This document shows positions 31,581-43,110 of a stretch of DNA of 64,000 nt, piece after piece. The DNA is taken from the NCBI GenBank assembly GCA_963555755.3, contig OY820905.2, forward strand, positions 3,808,001 to 3,872,000, given 5' to 3'. Below the pieces are notes generated by a model. That model was given only the letters and a program-made list of their open reading frames with translations. It did no database searches and was not told the DNA's origin. This DNA is from Nitrospirales bacterium (GTDB lineage Bacteria; Nitrospirota; Nitrospiria; Nitrospirales; UBA8639). A program made the position numbers and the translations under genes. How positions within the stretch are numbered: position 1 is the first letter of the stretch; every line of letters starts with the position of its first letter.

Positions 31581-31871
31581 CAAGTCTGGGGTTTTGAGCC
31601 CGTAGAGCCAGCGGGCGGTTTTCTTCCCAACGTTCTTCACGGTATGTGGAACGCGGGCCGGGATGAGGACTTCTTCTCCGATTTTTGGGCGAATGCATCG
31701 TCCACCCATTTCAATTTCCAGTTCTCCGGCGATGGCCATGAACAATTCATCGGTGTCATGCCAATCGTCTTGCCAGGTTCGACGGGCGTGATCAATCCAC
31801 ATTCCACAACTGAACCCTCGGGCATGCCATTGTTTTTCAATGTCTGTTTTTTCAACTTGTGCGATGTTCAC
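31563..31871 (-). CDS. Cupin domain protein
   Basis: WH.TDELFM.I.GE.EIE...GEEVLIPA.VPH.V.N.G. Confidence 0.85.
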   Translation of the reverse strand: MNIAQVEKTDIEKQWHARGFSCGMWIDHARRTWQDDWHDTDELFMAIAGELEIEMGGRCIRPKIGEEVLIPARVPHTVKNVGKKTARWLYGLKTPDLQPVQD

Positions 31872-31910
31872 TGTTCAGTCCTTTCCAGTCTTAGCTGAAA
31901 TGGCGTGTAT

Positions 31911-34900
31911 TTATGAGCACCCCGTGGTTTCGCCACAATTTCGGCAGACCAAGCACATGCCGTTCCGCACCAATTTAAACTGTTTGCAATTCTGGCAGGG
32001 GTCCCCTTCAAATCCAGTCTGATGGGCCGTATCGATCTCTGCGGTGTGGGTGACGGATTCCCGTGTCAATTCAAGTTTGTGTGAGACTTTTCCGTTTCCT
32101 CGCCCATTCCCGTGTTGTCCATTTTTATTGCCTCGCCGTGAAGGAAACAGCTCCGAGCTGATGGTGGCAGAGGTAATGGTTCTTGGGTCAGCGGGTTCAT
32201 CGTCGGTGCATTCAGGGTCTTGTTTGACGGAATCTCCCCGAAGGTCTTCCTGTACAACCTGTTGCAGGTCAGTCCGGTCTAGATACGTGATGGCGAGTTC
32301 ACGGAAGATGTAGTCGATGATTGAAGTCGACATTTTGATATGGTCATTCAGTTTGACGGGGCCATTGGGTTCGAACCGGGTGAAGAGGAAGGCTTCTACG
32401 AACTCTTCGAGTGGGACGCCATGTTGGAGCCCCAAAGAAATGGCGATGGCGAAGCAGTTGATCAAACTGCGGAAGGCGGCCCCTTCTTTGTGCATATCGA
32501 GGAAAATTTCTCCCAACGTGCCATCTTCATATTCTCCGGTTCGAAGATAAATTTTGTGACCGCCGACATTCGCCTTTTGGGTATAGCCCACTCGTCGAGT
32601 GGGAAGTGGACGACGTTTAGCTAAATACCGAACCATGATGCGTTCCGTGATCTGCTGAGCCTTGACCATGATCTCATCAGATGCTTCTGTGGTCTGGATA
32701 ATGTCACTGGAGGCGCTCAGTGGTTGGCTGAGTTTCGAGCCATCACGATAGAGGGCCACGGCTTTGAGCATGTTTTTCCACCCCAAATAATAGGCATCCT
32801 TGACATGGCCGACGGTGGATTCTGCTGGCATGTTGATGGTTTTGCTAATAGCTCCGCTGATAAACGGTTGGGCTGCGGCCATGGTGCGAATATGGGCATC
32901 AGTGGAAATATATCGTTTTCCAATTCGGCCACAGCGGTTGGCGCAATCAAAGACGGGCAAATGCTCAGTTTGGAGATGAGGCGCTCCTTCAACTGTCATC
33001 GTTCCGCAACAAAAATCATTTGCTGCTAAAATTTCTTCCTGTGCAAATCCTAGTTCCTTGAGCATATTGAACTTTGGGTCATTGAGTTGGGTATCCGTGA
33101 ATCTTAAGCGATCTCGACAGAAGTCTTCGCCCAAGGTCCATTTATTAAACGCAAATTGAATTTCGAATACCCCATCGAGCGTGGCTTCGATTCGTTCCAT
33201 GGCCTCAGGGTTAAAGTCTTTCGCCATCAGCGATTCATGGTTGATGAACGGTGCATGTTTCAATGTCCGTGTGCCGGTGGCATAGGTAATAATGTCGTGA
33301 ATCTGCTCTTGGGTGTACCCGAGTTTCTTCAACGCGGGTGGCAGACTTTGGTTGATGATTTTAAAGTACCCACCACCAGCCAATTTTTTGAATTTGACCA
33401 GGGCAAAGTCTGGTTCAATGCCCGTCGTGTCACAATCCATGACCAATCCAATGGTACCGGTTGGCGCAATGACGGTGGCTTGGGCATTGCGGTACCCATG
33501 CGCTTCGCCTAATTTAACAGCTCGATCCCATGTTTCTCGTGCTGCGGCAAGGAGGTTGCTGGGCGCCTCACGTTCATCGATACACTGGGGAGGGATGGTC
33601 AAGCCTTCGTACGCGCCATAAGACGTCCCATATGTCGCGCGTCGATGATTTCGCATGACACGCAACATGGATTCACGGTTCTTTGCATAGCCGGGGAACG
33701 GTCCGAGTTCCGCAGCCATTTCCGCGGATGTGGCATAGGATTCTCCAGTCAGAATAGCGGTGAGCGTTCCAGTGATGGCTAAGGCCTTAGGAGAGCCGTA
33801 GGGTATGCCTTGCCGCATGAGCAGGGAGCCCAGGTTGGCATATCCCAGTCCCAAGGTTCGAAACTTATAACTTTTCTCGGCAATAGACTTGCTGGGGAAT
33901 CCAGCCATGAGCACGCTAATTTCCAATACGATCGTCCATAGTCGAATCGCATGCTGGTAGGCGGGAACATCAAATTCCCCTTCTGGGGTCATAAAGGTCC
34001 CCAGATTTAACGAGGCTAAATTGCAGGCCGTGTCATCTAAGAACATGTATTCACTGCAAGGGTTCGAGGCATTAATGCGTCCATCCTCTGGACAGGTATG
34101 CCATTCATTGATGGTGGTGTCATATTGAATGCCGGGGTCCGCACATATCCACGCGGCCCAGGAAATCCGGTCCCACAATTCCCTGGCTTTGAATGTTTTC
34201 GTGGGTTTCCCATCGGTCCGTCGCGTCAAGATCCAGTCTGCATCCTGATTTAAGGCGTCAAAAAACGCATTCGGCACACGAATGCTGTTATTGGAATTTT
34301 GCCCGGAAACGGTTTGGTAGGCTTTGCTATCCCAATTGGTGTCGTATTCATGAAACACAAAATGGGTAAACCCTTCTTGTGCGTAGGCATACATCCGTTG
34401 AATGTAGGGCTCAGGAACGGCGGAGTCACGAGCAGCCTTCAGGGCCTGTTTGAGCGAAGGATTCCGTTGTGGGTCGATTTCTACAGATGTCTGATCGCCG
34501 GATTTGAGCTGGCACGCCTGAAGAACCGCATTTAACCGTTGGGCACAGACTTTTGATCCTGTGACCATGGCCGCGACTTTTTGTTCTTCGATAACCTTCC
34601 AGTCGATGAATTGTTCAATGTCGGGATGATCGAGATCCAAACACACCATCTTGGCGGCCCGACGAGTGGTGCCCCCAGATTTGATCGCGCCTGCCGCGCG
34701 ATCGCCAATCCGTAGAAATGACATCAGGCCGGAGGATTTTCCACCTCCGGATAGGGGCTCATCGTCACCTCGTAGTTTGGAAAAGTTCGTTCCGGTTCCA
34801 GACCCATATTTGAAGAGCCGGGCTTCACGAACCCACAGATCCATGATGCCACCTTCGTTCACGAGGTCATCGGAAACGGATTGGATGAAACAGGCATGGA

Positions 34901-35438
34901 CTTGAGGGCGTTCATAGGCGTTCTTCGATCGGTTGAGTCGTTTGGTGCTGGGATCGACGTAATAATGTCCTTGCGAAGGGCCAACAAGCCCATAGGCACT
35001 ATGGAGGCCTGTATTAAACCATTGTGGCGAATTCGGGGCCGCCATTTGTTTAGCCAACATAAAACACAATTCATCATAAAACGTGTGTCCGTCCTCATCC
35101 GTATCAAAATATCCATGGGTTTGGCCCCAGCGGGACCAGCACCCTGCGAGCCGATGAAAGACGTGTCGAGCATCCCGCTCACACCCCGTGAGTGGGTTTC
35201 CGTCGGCATCTTGGAGGGAGGCTCCCTGCTCATCCAATTGTGGGATCCCGGCTTTTCGGAAGTACTTTTGGGCTAGGATATCCACGGCCAACTGGGACCA
35301 CTGTTCTGGCGCCTGAATATCCTCATGCTGAAACACTACCGAACCATCAGGATTCCGAATTTCAGATGATCGGGTCGAAAAGGGAATCGTTTCATAAGGA
35401 CTTTGGCCCGGTTGAGTAAAACGACGCTCGATTTTCAA
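31911..35438 (-). CDS. nrdJ: Vitamin B12-dependent (class II) ribonucleotide reductase
   Basis: [34 protein letters not shown]-terminal TSCPD-like domain and CxxCG.T.GCS. TTG start. Confidence 0.96.
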   Translation of the reverse strand: MKIERRFTQPGQSPYETIPFSTRSSEIRNPDGSVVFQHEDIQAPEQWSQLAVDILAQKYFRKAGIPQLDEQGASLQDADGNPLTGCERDARHVFHRLAGCWSRWGQTHGYFDTDEDGHTFYDELCFMLAKQMAAPNSPQWFNTGLHSAYGLVGPSQGHYYVDPSTKRLNRSKNAYERPQVHACFIQSVSDDLVNEGGIMDLWVREARLFKYGSGTGTNFSKLRGDDEPLSGGGKSSGLMSFLRIGDRAAGAIKSGGTTRRAAKMVCLDLDHPDIEQFIDWKVIEEQKVAAMVTGSKVCAQRLNAVLQACQLKSGDQTSVEIDPQRNPSLKQALKAARDSAVPEPYIQRMYAYAQEGFTHFVFHEYDTNWDSKAYQTVSGQNSNNSIRVPNAFFDALNQDADWILTRRTDGKPTKTFKARELWDRISWAAWICADPGIQYDTTINEWHTCPEDGRINASNPCSEYMFLDDTACNLASLNLGTFMTPEGEFDVPAYQHAIRLWTIVLEISVLMAGFPSKSIAEKSYKFRTLGLGYANLGSLLMRQGIPYGSPKALAITGTLTAILTGESYATSAEMAAELGPFPGYAKNRESMLRVMRNHRRATYGTSYGAYEGLTIPPQCIDEREAPSNLLAAARETWDRAVKLGEAHGYRNAQATVIAPTGTIGLVMDCDTTGIEPDFALVKFKKLAGGGYFKIINQSLPPALKKLGYTQEQIHDIITYATGTRTLKHAPFINHESLMAKDFNPEAMERIEATLDGVFEIQFAFNKWTLGEDFCRDRLRFTDTQLNDPKFNMLKELGFAQEEILAANDFCCGTMTVEGAPHLQTEHLPVFDCANRCGRIGKRYISTDAHIRTMAAAQPFISGAISKTINMPAESTVGHVKDAYYLGWKNMLKAVALYRDGSKLSQPLSASSDIIQTTEASDEIMVKAQQITERIMVRYLAKRRPLPTRRVGYTQKANVGGHKIYLRTGEYEDGTLGEIFLDMHKEGAAFRSLINCFAIAISLGLQHGVPLEEFVEAFLFTRFEPNGPVKLNDHIKMSTSIIDYIFRELAITYLDRTDLQQVVQEDLRGDSVKQDPECTDDEPADPRTITSATISSELFPSRRGNKNGQHGNGRGNGKVSHKLELTRESVTHTAEIDTAHQTGFEGDPCQNCKQFKLVRNGMCLVCRNCGETTGCS

Positions 35439-35562
35439 GCCAATTCTCCTTTGCCTTTGAGTAAAGAAAGGTCAGGTCGTAATGGATCGACTGTAAACAT
35501 ATTCCATGGCATTTTAGTGTACCATTTGCGTAAATCAGGAAGGAGATGTTCAATCGAGGAGG

Positions 35563-35608
35563 CACAATCTATAGCGGTTAGGGTAAATTGTCAATACTAA
35601 ATATTGTG
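35563..35608. promoter_or_regulatory. Tandem NrdR boxes
   Basis: CACAATCTATAGCG (35563) and TACTAAATATTGTG (35595), 32 bp apart, upstream of nrdJ. Confidence 0.75.
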
Positions 35609-35624
35609 TTTTTAGATGAAATGA

Positions 35625-35739
35625 TGGGGATAAAAGTGAATAGCCTGTGAACAAAGAAAAGCCATAAAATGTCAATGTGTTGCAAGGAAATATATTGAGT
35701 TATGCACAGGTTGCTTAGGGTTTGACTTTCATATCCACA
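35625..35739. promoter_or_regulatory. Cluster of four DnaA-box-like 9-mers
   Basis: TGGGGATAA, TGTGAACAA, TTATGCACA and ATATCCACA, each 1-2 mismatches from TTATCCACA. Confidence 0.55.
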
Positions 35740-36122
35740 GGCCTTCCTTCATTCTGTCTAATTTTTTTTAAAGATGTCTTTCCGTAAGGGGAAACTGGCT
35801 TGGAAATACCAAAAGATGATGTTGAAAAATGGCTTCAGCGGCGTACTCATGGTTTGTCTCTGGTCGCTTGTTTTTGTCGCTAGGTTGTGATCTTTCGTGC
35901 CCTCATTTTTTTTGAGCGATTAGCGACAAGTTCCCTGTTTTCCATTGATCCGGCCTTTCCTTGGGACCAAGCTTGTTTCTTGTCTTGAGTAAGGCCGAAG
36001 GGCCTCTTCCGGCCTGGATTTTTTCACTCTGGTCGTACTATGCTAAGGGGTGAATGGTGAGGAACGCTGGCATGGGACCGAACTTCAGCGAAGGTCTCAA
36101 TTAAAAATTGTGAGGTGATGGC

Positions 36123-36413
36123 ATGTATGTGTGGAGTAAGCGAATCGTCCTGACGTTATTGGTGTTGTTCGGAATTCTGGAGGTAGTCTTTTGGCTGACG
36201 TCAACTGGTGAAGAAGCCAGTGCACTCGTGACGCGAACCACCCATTGGATGGCCTTGAACTATGTACTGTTGCTGGTATGGGTGTTTGTGTGGATGTACG
36301 ATCAAGCGCGAGTACGGGGGAAGAACATCTGGATTTGGATGCTCCCGTTTTTTATCGCCCCCTTGCCGACCTTAATGGCGTTTGTGTTGGTGCTGCAACG
36401 CCGTGCAAAGTAA
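36123..36413 (+). CDS. Small hypothetical membrane protein
   Basis: 96 aa with three hydrophobic segments and SD GAGGTG. Confidence 0.7.
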   Translation: MYVWSKRIVLTLLVLFGILEVVFWLTSTGEEASALVTRTTHWMALNYVLLLVWVFVWMYDQARVRGKNIWIWMLPFFIAPLPTLMAFVLVLQRRAK

Positions 36414-36414
36414 C

Positions 36415-36539
36415 GGGAGGCTGTTGAAAAAGTCCGCCAGCGGCGTTCTCGGTCCGTTGTCGTGCTCACGTACTATGAGTACGCTCCGCGCGCCAACGGC
36501 CCTGCGGCCTTGCTGGACGGGCCTTTTTGAACAGCTCCC
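36415..36539. mobile_element. MITE family A (short form)
   Basis: GGCTGTTGAAAAAG...CTTTTTGAACAGC with the same core on the minus strand. Confidence 0.8.
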
Positions 36540-36565
36540 AGATACAACTGGGCTCGGAAGACTCG

Positions 36566-37960
36566 CTATCCAATAAGGACCCGAGACTCGGGATAGCGGT
36601 ATCGAGCCGGAATGGTGGTTTGGACCGCGAACAGCCCAATCAGCAATGGGCCAAATCGGCCTAGGAGCATGGAGACGATAATGACCAGTTTTCCGAAATC
36701 CGTGAGTAAGGCAGAGAAACTGCGGCCGTCCCCATCACCTAGCGACATGCCGACAATGCCCATGGCAGATGTGACCTCAAACATGATGCTCAAAAACGGC
36801 CGTTCTTCCGTAAAGGCTAAGGCTAGCGTGAACAGAGTAATGGTGGTAAAGGCAAGAATGCACAACACAAATGCCCTGACAATAAGATCTTTAGGAATGC
36901 GCCGGTGAAACACTTCCACATCAGCTTTTCTCCAGAGTACGGCCCAAATTGTGAGCCAAATAATGGCAAACGTGGTGGTTTTAATACCGCCAGACATGCT
37001 CCCGGGAGAGCCGCCAATCGTCATCAGTAACAACAGAAAATACAGCGTCGCATCCTTCATGTCTCCGATATCCATGGTGGTAAATCCCGCGGTGCGAGAG
37101 ACGGTGTGGAAATGAGCAACTGCGATACGCTCTCCCAGGCTCAAGGGGCCAAACGTACGAGGATTGTTCCACTCCAGGATCGTGATCCCCAGGGTTCCTG
37201 AAATCAACATGACCAAGGTGACGACGACCACCAATTTGGTATGAGTCTGAAAGCGAAACCGTTTGCCGGTGACGTTGTCCCAGGCATCATGAAAGAGAAA
37301 AAACCCAAGGCTGCCGAAGACGATTAAAATCGTCACGATAAGATTAATGGGAATGTCGGATTGATAGGCAATGAGGCTATCGGAGAATAAGGCAAACCCC
37401 GCATTGTTAAAGGCGGAAATCGAATGGAAGATGCCGGCGTACAGCGCTTGCCCCCATGGCATATCCTGGGCAAATCGCAGTGTAAGGAACATGGCTCCGA
37501 GACCTTCGAAGATCACGGTGGCGACTGCCACGATTTTGACATAGCGAACCGTCTCCCCCATGTCTGAGACACTGAGCGATTCCACGAGCATCATCCGGTC
37601 GCGCAACCCAATGCGATGTCCCAGCGCGAGCAAGATGAGTGTGGCCATGAGCGCATACCCGAGTCCGCCGATTTGGACTAGCATGAGAATGACGAGTTGG
37701 CCAAAGAGGGTAAATTCCGTTGGTGTGTCCATGACAATGAGGCCAGTCACGCATACGGCGGAGGTTGAGGTAAACAGCGCATCAAGAAATCCAAGCTCCA
37801 CGCTCTCTGGCGTGGAAAACGGCAACATCAAAAGAACCGTTCCAATTAAAATAAGCCCTGCGGCGGCCAAAGCGACGATTTGGCCGGGCAGCAACCTGAT
37901 GGATGACAGGCGCCTCAGAAAAGATTCGTGTCGAGTCTTCGTGTGTTCAGTGAAGGCCAT
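36566..37960 (-). CDS. TrkH/KtrB family potassium uptake membrane protein
   Basis: ALFTSTSAVCVTGL, SISAFNNAGF, RTAGF, IGGSPGS..GGIKTTT, GR.GPL. Confidence 0.93.
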   Translation of the reverse strand: MAFTEHTKTRHESFLRRLSSIRLLPGQIVALAAAGLILIGTVLLMLPFSTPESVELGFLDALFTSTSAVCVTGLIVMDTPTEFTLFGQLVILMLVQIGGLGYALMATLILLALGHRIGLRDRMMLVESLSVSDMGETVRYVKIVAVATVIFEGLGAMFLTLRFAQDMPWGQALYAGIFHSISAFNNAGFALFSDSLIAYQSDIPINLIVTILIVFGSLGFFLFHDAWDNVTGKRFRFQTHTKLVVVVTLVMLISGTLGITILEWNNPRTFGPLSLGERIAVAHFHTVSRTAGFTTMDIGDMKDATLYFLLLLMTIGGSPGSMSGGIKTTTFAIIWLTIWAVLWRKADVEVFHRRIPKDLIVRAFVLCILAFTTITLFTLALAFTEERPFLSIMFEVTSAMGIVGMSLGDGDGRSFSALLTDFGKLVIIVSMLLGRFGPLLIGLFAVQTTIPARYRYPESRVLIG

Positions 37961-38188
37961 AATGGTGTGATGTAGGTAAGGGCTGTAGGAGTGGTGGAAG
38001 AAAAGAATTTTGAGGTTATTAAACACGGATTGGAATCGAAAGTCACCTTTCCAATTGATGCTTCAGGTTTATTGCAACACATGTCGTGTGAGGCGGGTCT
38101 TATTTTTCAGGAGGTGGACCTATCCAAGCGAGAGTGACACAAGAGGTGAATGCTAAGGTTGTAACCGTACGTAGGGGTTCAGGTCCTC

Positions 38189-38593
38189 CTAACAACGTTG
38201 TCCGTTGAAGAGGCATGGTTTGTAACGGCTGGGGTCGAAATCAACTTCTTCTTGATACACCAATTCATTGCCATTGACCCCGTCCTGTTCAGGATCGTTA
38301 TACATGGTATGATTCCACCAATAAAACAAGGGATAGGCTTCGTGGTAATATACCGGATTCCCGTACACGCTACGCTGATGCTCCAGCACTTTCCGTCCGA
38401 CGACATAATCGACATCATCAGTGCCTGTGAGTGAATACAGAAAGATGATCATTTGTGCTTCATGATCATAGATTTCCTCCAGGCGGGTCTCTTCATCGGG
38501 TTCCGTGGGGAGATTGGGTTGGGACCAACCGAGGGAGGAACACATAAGTGAAGACGCAAGTAACACCACGGGAATACTCCAAGCCTTCTTCAT
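38189..38593 (-). CDS. Hypothetical exported protein
   Basis: Signal-peptide-like N-terminus and SD GAAGGAAG. Confidence 0.7.
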   Translation of the reverse strand: MKKAWSIPVVLLASSLMCSSLGWSQPNLPTEPDEETRLEEIYDHEAQMIIFLYSLTGTDDVDYVVGRKVLEHQRSVYGNPVYYHEAYPLFYWWNHTMYNDPEQDGVNGNELVYQEEVDFDPSRYKPCLFNGQRC

Positions 38594-38767
38594 GATCGTT
38601 CTTCCTTCTCACGTTGGAGTCACGAGTCAGTTTGTCGGAATGTCAACGACATTTTACCCTATCGGCGTCCTATCGGCAATTTGTTTCCGATTCCTCAAGG
38701 GTCACGGTTGTTCTCTTCAGTAGGGGTTTTCTATAATGTCTTTCTCTTTTGTCCTCTTGGGAGATAT

Positions 38768-40120
38768 ATGAAGAAAGTTGCGTTTCATACCATCGGGTGT
38801 CGCCTGAATCAATCGGAAACCGCGGTGCTGGCTGATCGCTTAAAAACGATTGGCTATGAGCGGGTTGAGTTTGGAGCACCCACGGATTTGTTAGTTCTGA
38901 ATACGTGCTCTGTCACTGAAGGTGCCGAGATTGATTGCCGCCGTGCGATCCGGCGTACGTTGCGACAATCTCCCCAAGCATTTGTGGCGGTGACCGGGTG
39001 TTATGCCCAAACCGGGTTACAAGCCTTACAGACAATACCAGGGGTGGATTTGGTATTAGGGAATCGGTTTAAGATGAACTTGCCGGACTATGTCCGGCCG
39101 GAAGTTATTACCGAAAAATTCTCTTTGCCGAAAATGCTGCATACCCGGACCATTGACCGGGAAGATTTTCTCCAAGAGGGCGTGGGGGACTATGCGACCA
39201 CACGGGCCAATCTCAAGATACAGGATGGCTGTAATTTCATGTGTTCGTTTTGCCTCATTCCGTTTGCTCGAGGGCGAGAACGCAGTCGGCAGCTCGATGA
39301 TGCCGTTCGGGAAGCCGAGCAACTCGTGGACCGAGGCCACAAGGAACTTGTGCTGACGGGTGTGAATATTGGTCAATTTGCGAGTGGTGGCTTGGGGATT
39401 ATTGATCTTATTCAACGTTTGGAATCGATCCCAGAGTTGGCTCGGATCCGCATTTCGTCTATCGAGCCCACGACGATTCCTGAGGCCCTATTGGACTATA
39501 TGGCTTCCTCCTCCAAGCTGTGTCGCTTTTTACACGTTCCGTTGCAAAGTGGAGACGATGAGATTTTGCACGGGATGAACCGGCGGTATACCGTGAAAGA
39601 ATACGCCGACTGGGTGTGTCATGCCGCTCGAAAGATTCCGGATGTGTGCATCGGCACGGATCTCATGGTAGGATTTCCGGGGGAGAGTGAACAACAATTT
39701 GACAATACTCGCTCAGTGGTCGCGGATCTTCCCCTGGCGTATTTTCATGTCTTCAGTTATTCGACGCGTCCGGGAACGGCTGCGACTCGCATGGACAATC
39801 ATGTGCCCGCCAAGACGATGAAAGCTCGAAGTAAAAACCTTTCTGAACTTTCACGGGGCAAGCGAGCTGAATTTTACCGGAAGTTTGTCGATCGTCGCGT
39901 GTCGGTCTTGTTCGAATCGTCCGAGTCTGCAGGTTGGTGGAGTGGGTTGACCGACAACTATATTCGGGTCCGAGTGCCTAGCACGACGGTGTCGTCGAAC
40001 GAAATCCATACGGTTCAAATAACCGGCGCCATGGGGGAGGCGGCCCTTGGGCACGTCATTAATGCTGAGGATCAGCTTGTACACCACAGAGAAGTTCTGA
40101 ATCTCGTGGTATCATCGTAG
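38768..40120 (+). CDS. mtaB: tRNA t6A37 methylthiotransferase
   Basis: TIGCRLNQSE, LNTCSVT, KIQDGCNFMCSFC, FHVFSYS.RPGT.A. Confidence 0.9.
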   Translation: MKKVAFHTIGCRLNQSETAVLADRLKTIGYERVEFGAPTDLLVLNTCSVTEGAEIDCRRAIRRTLRQSPQAFVAVTGCYAQTGLQALQTIPGVDLVLGNRFKMNLPDYVRPEVITEKFSLPKMLHTRTIDREDFLQEGVGDYATTRANLKIQDGCNFMCSFCLIPFARGRERSRQLDDAVREAEQLVDRGHKELVLTGVNIGQFASGGLGIIDLIQRLESIPELARIRISSIEPTTIPEALLDYMASSSKLCRFLHVPLQSGDDEILHGMNRRYTVKEYADWVCHAARKIPDVCIGTDLMVGFPGESEQQFDNTRSVVADLPLAYFHVFSYSTRPGTAATRMDNHVPAKTMKARSKNLSELSRGKRAEFYRKFVDRRVSVLFESSESAGWWSGLTDNYIRVRVPSTTVSSNEIHTVQITGAMGEAALGHVINAEDQLVHHREVLNLVVSS

Positions 40121-40131
40121 GACTCACAACC

Positions 40132-41469
40132 ATGCCCTATCAGGTTTTTATTGAAACATTCGGGTGTCAAATGAATGAGTATGACACGGAACTTGTGCGG
40201 TCGTTGCTGCTGAAAAACGGGTTCACGTTTACCGAGGATCACGCCCAGGCTGACGTGTGGCTCATGAACACCTGTGCCATTCGAGAAAATGCGCACAATC
40301 GGGTGTATGGTCATCTGGGCGATTGCCGAGTGATCAATCGGGAACGCAAGGTTGTGGTGGGTGTGTTGGGGTGTATGGCTCAGAATTTAAAAAAAGAATT
40401 AATGGAGAGCAATCCGGTGATCGATGTCATCGTGGGACCGGATGCCTATCGGCAATTGCCGGACCTCTTGACTCGGGCTCTTGAACAACAAGAAAAAACC
40501 CTGGCCGTGGACCTCTCGGAATATGAAACGTATGAATACATTTTGCCGGATCGTGGTCCTGGGCTGAATGGCTGGATTGCCGTCATGCGGGGATGCGATA
40601 ACTTTTGCACGTTTTGTGTGGTGCCCTACACCCGTGGACGAGAACGGTCACGCACTCCTGAAGGGATTCTCGAAGAAGCCCAAGGGTTAGTCTCCCAAGG
40701 GTATAAACAAATCACGCTCCTTGGCCAGAATGTCAACTCTTACTCCTGTAATGACTGGGATTTTTCCCGACTGCTCATTGCGGTCGCTGATATTCCTGGC
40801 ATTGAACGTGTCCGGTTTACCTCGCCCCACCCGAAAGATTTCCCGCCATCCTTGCTGGAGGCTGTGGCCCATCATCCTCGGGTGTGTCGACAGATCCATT
40901 TACCTCTGCAATCCGGAAACGATCGGATTCTTGAATTGATGGGGCGGTCCTACACTCGGAAAGGCTTTCTGTCTTTGGTCGAAGACATTCGACGCCGGGG
41001 GGATATTTCGCTTAGCACCGATATCCTTTGCGGCTTTTGTTCGGAAACGAATGCAGAGTACCGTGAGACCGTTGAGTTGGTCCAAGAGGTTGAATTTCAG
41101 TCAGCCTTTATTTTTACGTATTCCGAACGAAAGCATACCATTGCCAGTCGAAAATATCCGGATGATGTGCCGGCCCAGGTGAAGTCTGAACGAGCCACGC
41201 AATTATTCGAATTGCAACGGGCCATCTCCTCCAACCTGAATCATCGCCTGATTGGGAAGACTGTTGACGTGCTCATCGAAGGGCATGCCAAAAAGTCCCA
41301 GGAACAATGGATGGGTCATACGGAAAGTAATGTGACGGTGGTATGGAAAAAACAGGAGCCTTGGCTCCAGCTTGGGGACCTTATGTCCGTCACGGTCATG
41401 GATGCCTCAGCCTCTACACTCTTTGGAGTGGATGTGACGTCTCCATCGTCCCGCGTCTGTACTGACTGA
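40132..41469 (+). CDS. miaB: tRNA i6A37 methylthiotransferase
   Basis: TFGCQMNEYD, NTCAIRENA, GCDNFCTFCVVPYTRGRERSR, LLGQNVNSY, TRAM domain. Confidence 0.93.
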   Translation: MPYQVFIETFGCQMNEYDTELVRSLLLKNGFTFTEDHAQADVWLMNTCAIRENAHNRVYGHLGDCRVINRERKVVVGVLGCMAQNLKKELMESNPVIDVIVGPDAYRQLPDLLTRALEQQEKTLAVDLSEYETYEYILPDRGPGLNGWIAVMRGCDNFCTFCVVPYTRGRERSRTPEGILEEAQGLVSQGYKQITLLGQNVNSYSCNDWDFSRLLIAVADIPGIERVRFTSPHPKDFPPSLLEAVAHHPRVCRQIHLPLQSGNDRILELMGRSYTRKGFLSLVEDIRRRGDISLSTDILCGFCSETNAEYRETVELVQEVEFQSAFIFTYSERKHTIASRKYPDDVPAQVKSERATQLFELQRAISSNLNHRLIGKTVDVLIEGHAKKSQEQWMGHTESNVTVVWKKQEPWLQLGDLMSVTVMDASASTLFGVDVTSPSSRVCTD

Positions 41470-41470
41470 A

Positions 41471-41611
41471 GGGCACCTCTAAAAACCCGGCATTTTTTGT
41501 GAGGGCAAGGAAGCCGCGCGCGGAAAACCGGAGTGTATGGGCGAATACATGAGGATGTGAGCACGCGGCTGACGCCGCCATCACGGAAAAGGACGGTTTT
41601 TAGAGGTGCCC
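41471..41611. mobile_element. MITE family C
   Basis: GGGCACCTCTAAAAACC TIRs with a 4-bp duplication TGAA that includes the miaB stop codon. Confidence 0.88.
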
Positions 41612-41706
41612 TGAAGGTCAGGCAGTTCAAACTTCTCCATTTGGCTATATCAAAATCAATCTAAAAACAGCAGTTACATGGCAGCTCTCCTGTTCATGAT
41701 TCGACT

Positions 41707-41810
41707 CTTCGACATGCTCAGGACTCAGCACAAACGTGGACCATGGCCGTCACCCGTTCGGTGAGAGTCCATTCGCCCTGAGCGCCGCGGTCACCGCGGC
41801 AGTCGAAGGG
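41707..41810. repeat. REP-like pair CTTCGACATGCTCAGG...CCTGAG..GTCGAAG
   Basis: Inverted pair of the micro-module also seen at 1600, 1924, 1978 and 43212. Confidence 0.55.
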
Positions 41811-42156
41811 ATCCGAGATTTCCAACTGCCGTTTTTAGGTTCAATGCTTTTGGGGTGTTGTCTACCCGTTAAGGGGGGGGATCTCTTGGTGAAAATTGCC
41901 TGGGTGCGTTCTGGGTCTCGGATGTTTTATTGGCCCAACCTCACGGTCTGTCCACATTTTTGGTGGTGGTGAGGGAAAATGAGGCTCGTTTCAAACCAGG
42001 TTTGCCCAATAACCGTCTGTGTTCATTATGCTTAAGTCGTATTCGATTTGGCCGATAATTGTTAGGGAGAATCAAGACAGTCATGATGAGGTGACTGTGC
42101 AATATCACGTGTCCGATACCAGTCTGCACCCTTGCAGAAGATAAGGTGCCTAGTGG

Positions 42157-43110
42157 ATGACTCCTGAACTTATCCAACGACTCAAAAATTGCAAAACACT
42201 CCCGGCGATTCCTGCCTTGCCCTTGCAAGTCCTTCAGATGTGTCGTAGTGAAGATGCAGATATTAAGAAGATGGGGGATGTCATCAGTAAGGATCCCACC
42301 TTTGTCGCGAAAGTGCTCAATGTGGCGAATTCAAGCTTTTACGGAGGCTCACGGCATACAGTGACCACCGTAACTCAGGCCATCACGTTGTTGGGAATGA
42401 ATTCCATTGCCACCGTAGCCTTTTGCTTTTCGTTATACCGAGACCTCCGACGGCATGGGGCTAAGGGGTTTGATCATAAGCAATATTGGCGGCGATCACT
42501 TCTGGCGAGCGTGTCAGGTCGTGTCATCGGGACATGGGCTAAGGTCATCGATTGTGAAGAAATTTTCCTAGCAGCCCTACTCCAGGATATTGGCGTGTTG
42601 ATCTTGAGTGAAACGCATATGGATGTGTACGGCACAATCATGAAACAGGCCGACCGGAACCATACGCGATTACAGGAACTCGAGAGGGAGAAGATTGGGA
42701 CGGATCACAGCGAAGTGGGAGCGTGGTTAGCTGAAACCTGGCAGTTGCCAGAATTGTTACAAGCCGCCATTCGCTGCAGTCATGATCCATGGGAAATGGA
42801 TGTGCCTGAAGAATTCTTGCCAGTCGTGAAGACCGTAGCCTTCTCGGGCAAGTTAGCGGACATTTGGTGTGATCCACAAACCGAACAGGCCACACAGGAA
42901 GCAGCTCTTGCGGCGCAATCTATGCTCGGCATGGAATTCAACGAATTAGAAACATGTCTCGATCGTATCGCCAATGGATTTTTAGAAATGTCGGGGATCT
43001 TCCAAATTGATTTAGGCAATCCCCAAGAAATTACGAATATACTCGAAACAGCCAAGAAGACCATTCGAAGCCTTTCGGCAGGGGCCCCACAGCCAGCCGC
43101 AGTCTCCTAA
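42157..43110 (+). CDS. HDOD domain signal-transduction protein
   Basis: LP.IP, DP.FVAKVL.VANSSFY, QAITLLG, LLQDIG, H.EVGAWL.E.WQLP. Confidence 0.9.
   Translation: MTPELIQRLKNCKTLPAIPALPLQVLQMCRSEDADIKKMGDVISKDPTFVAKVLNVANSSFYGGSRHTVTTVTQAITLLGMNSIATVAFCFSLYRDLRRHGAKGFDHKQYWRRSLLASVSGRVIGTWAKVIDCEEIFLAALLQDIGVLILSETHMDVYGTIMKQADRNHTRLQELEREKIGTDHSEVGAWLAETWQLPELLQAAIRCSHDPWEMDVPEEFLPVVKTVAFSGKLADIWCDPQTEQATQEAALAAQSMLGMEFNELETCLDRIANGFLEMSGIFQIDLGNPQEITNILETAKKTIRSLSAGAPQPAAVS

Noticed and set aside
35439..36122. Cobalamin riboswitch upstream of nrdJ
   Set aside because: No recognisable B12-box or core motifs were found by eye; the region is explained by NrdR and DnaA-like boxes.
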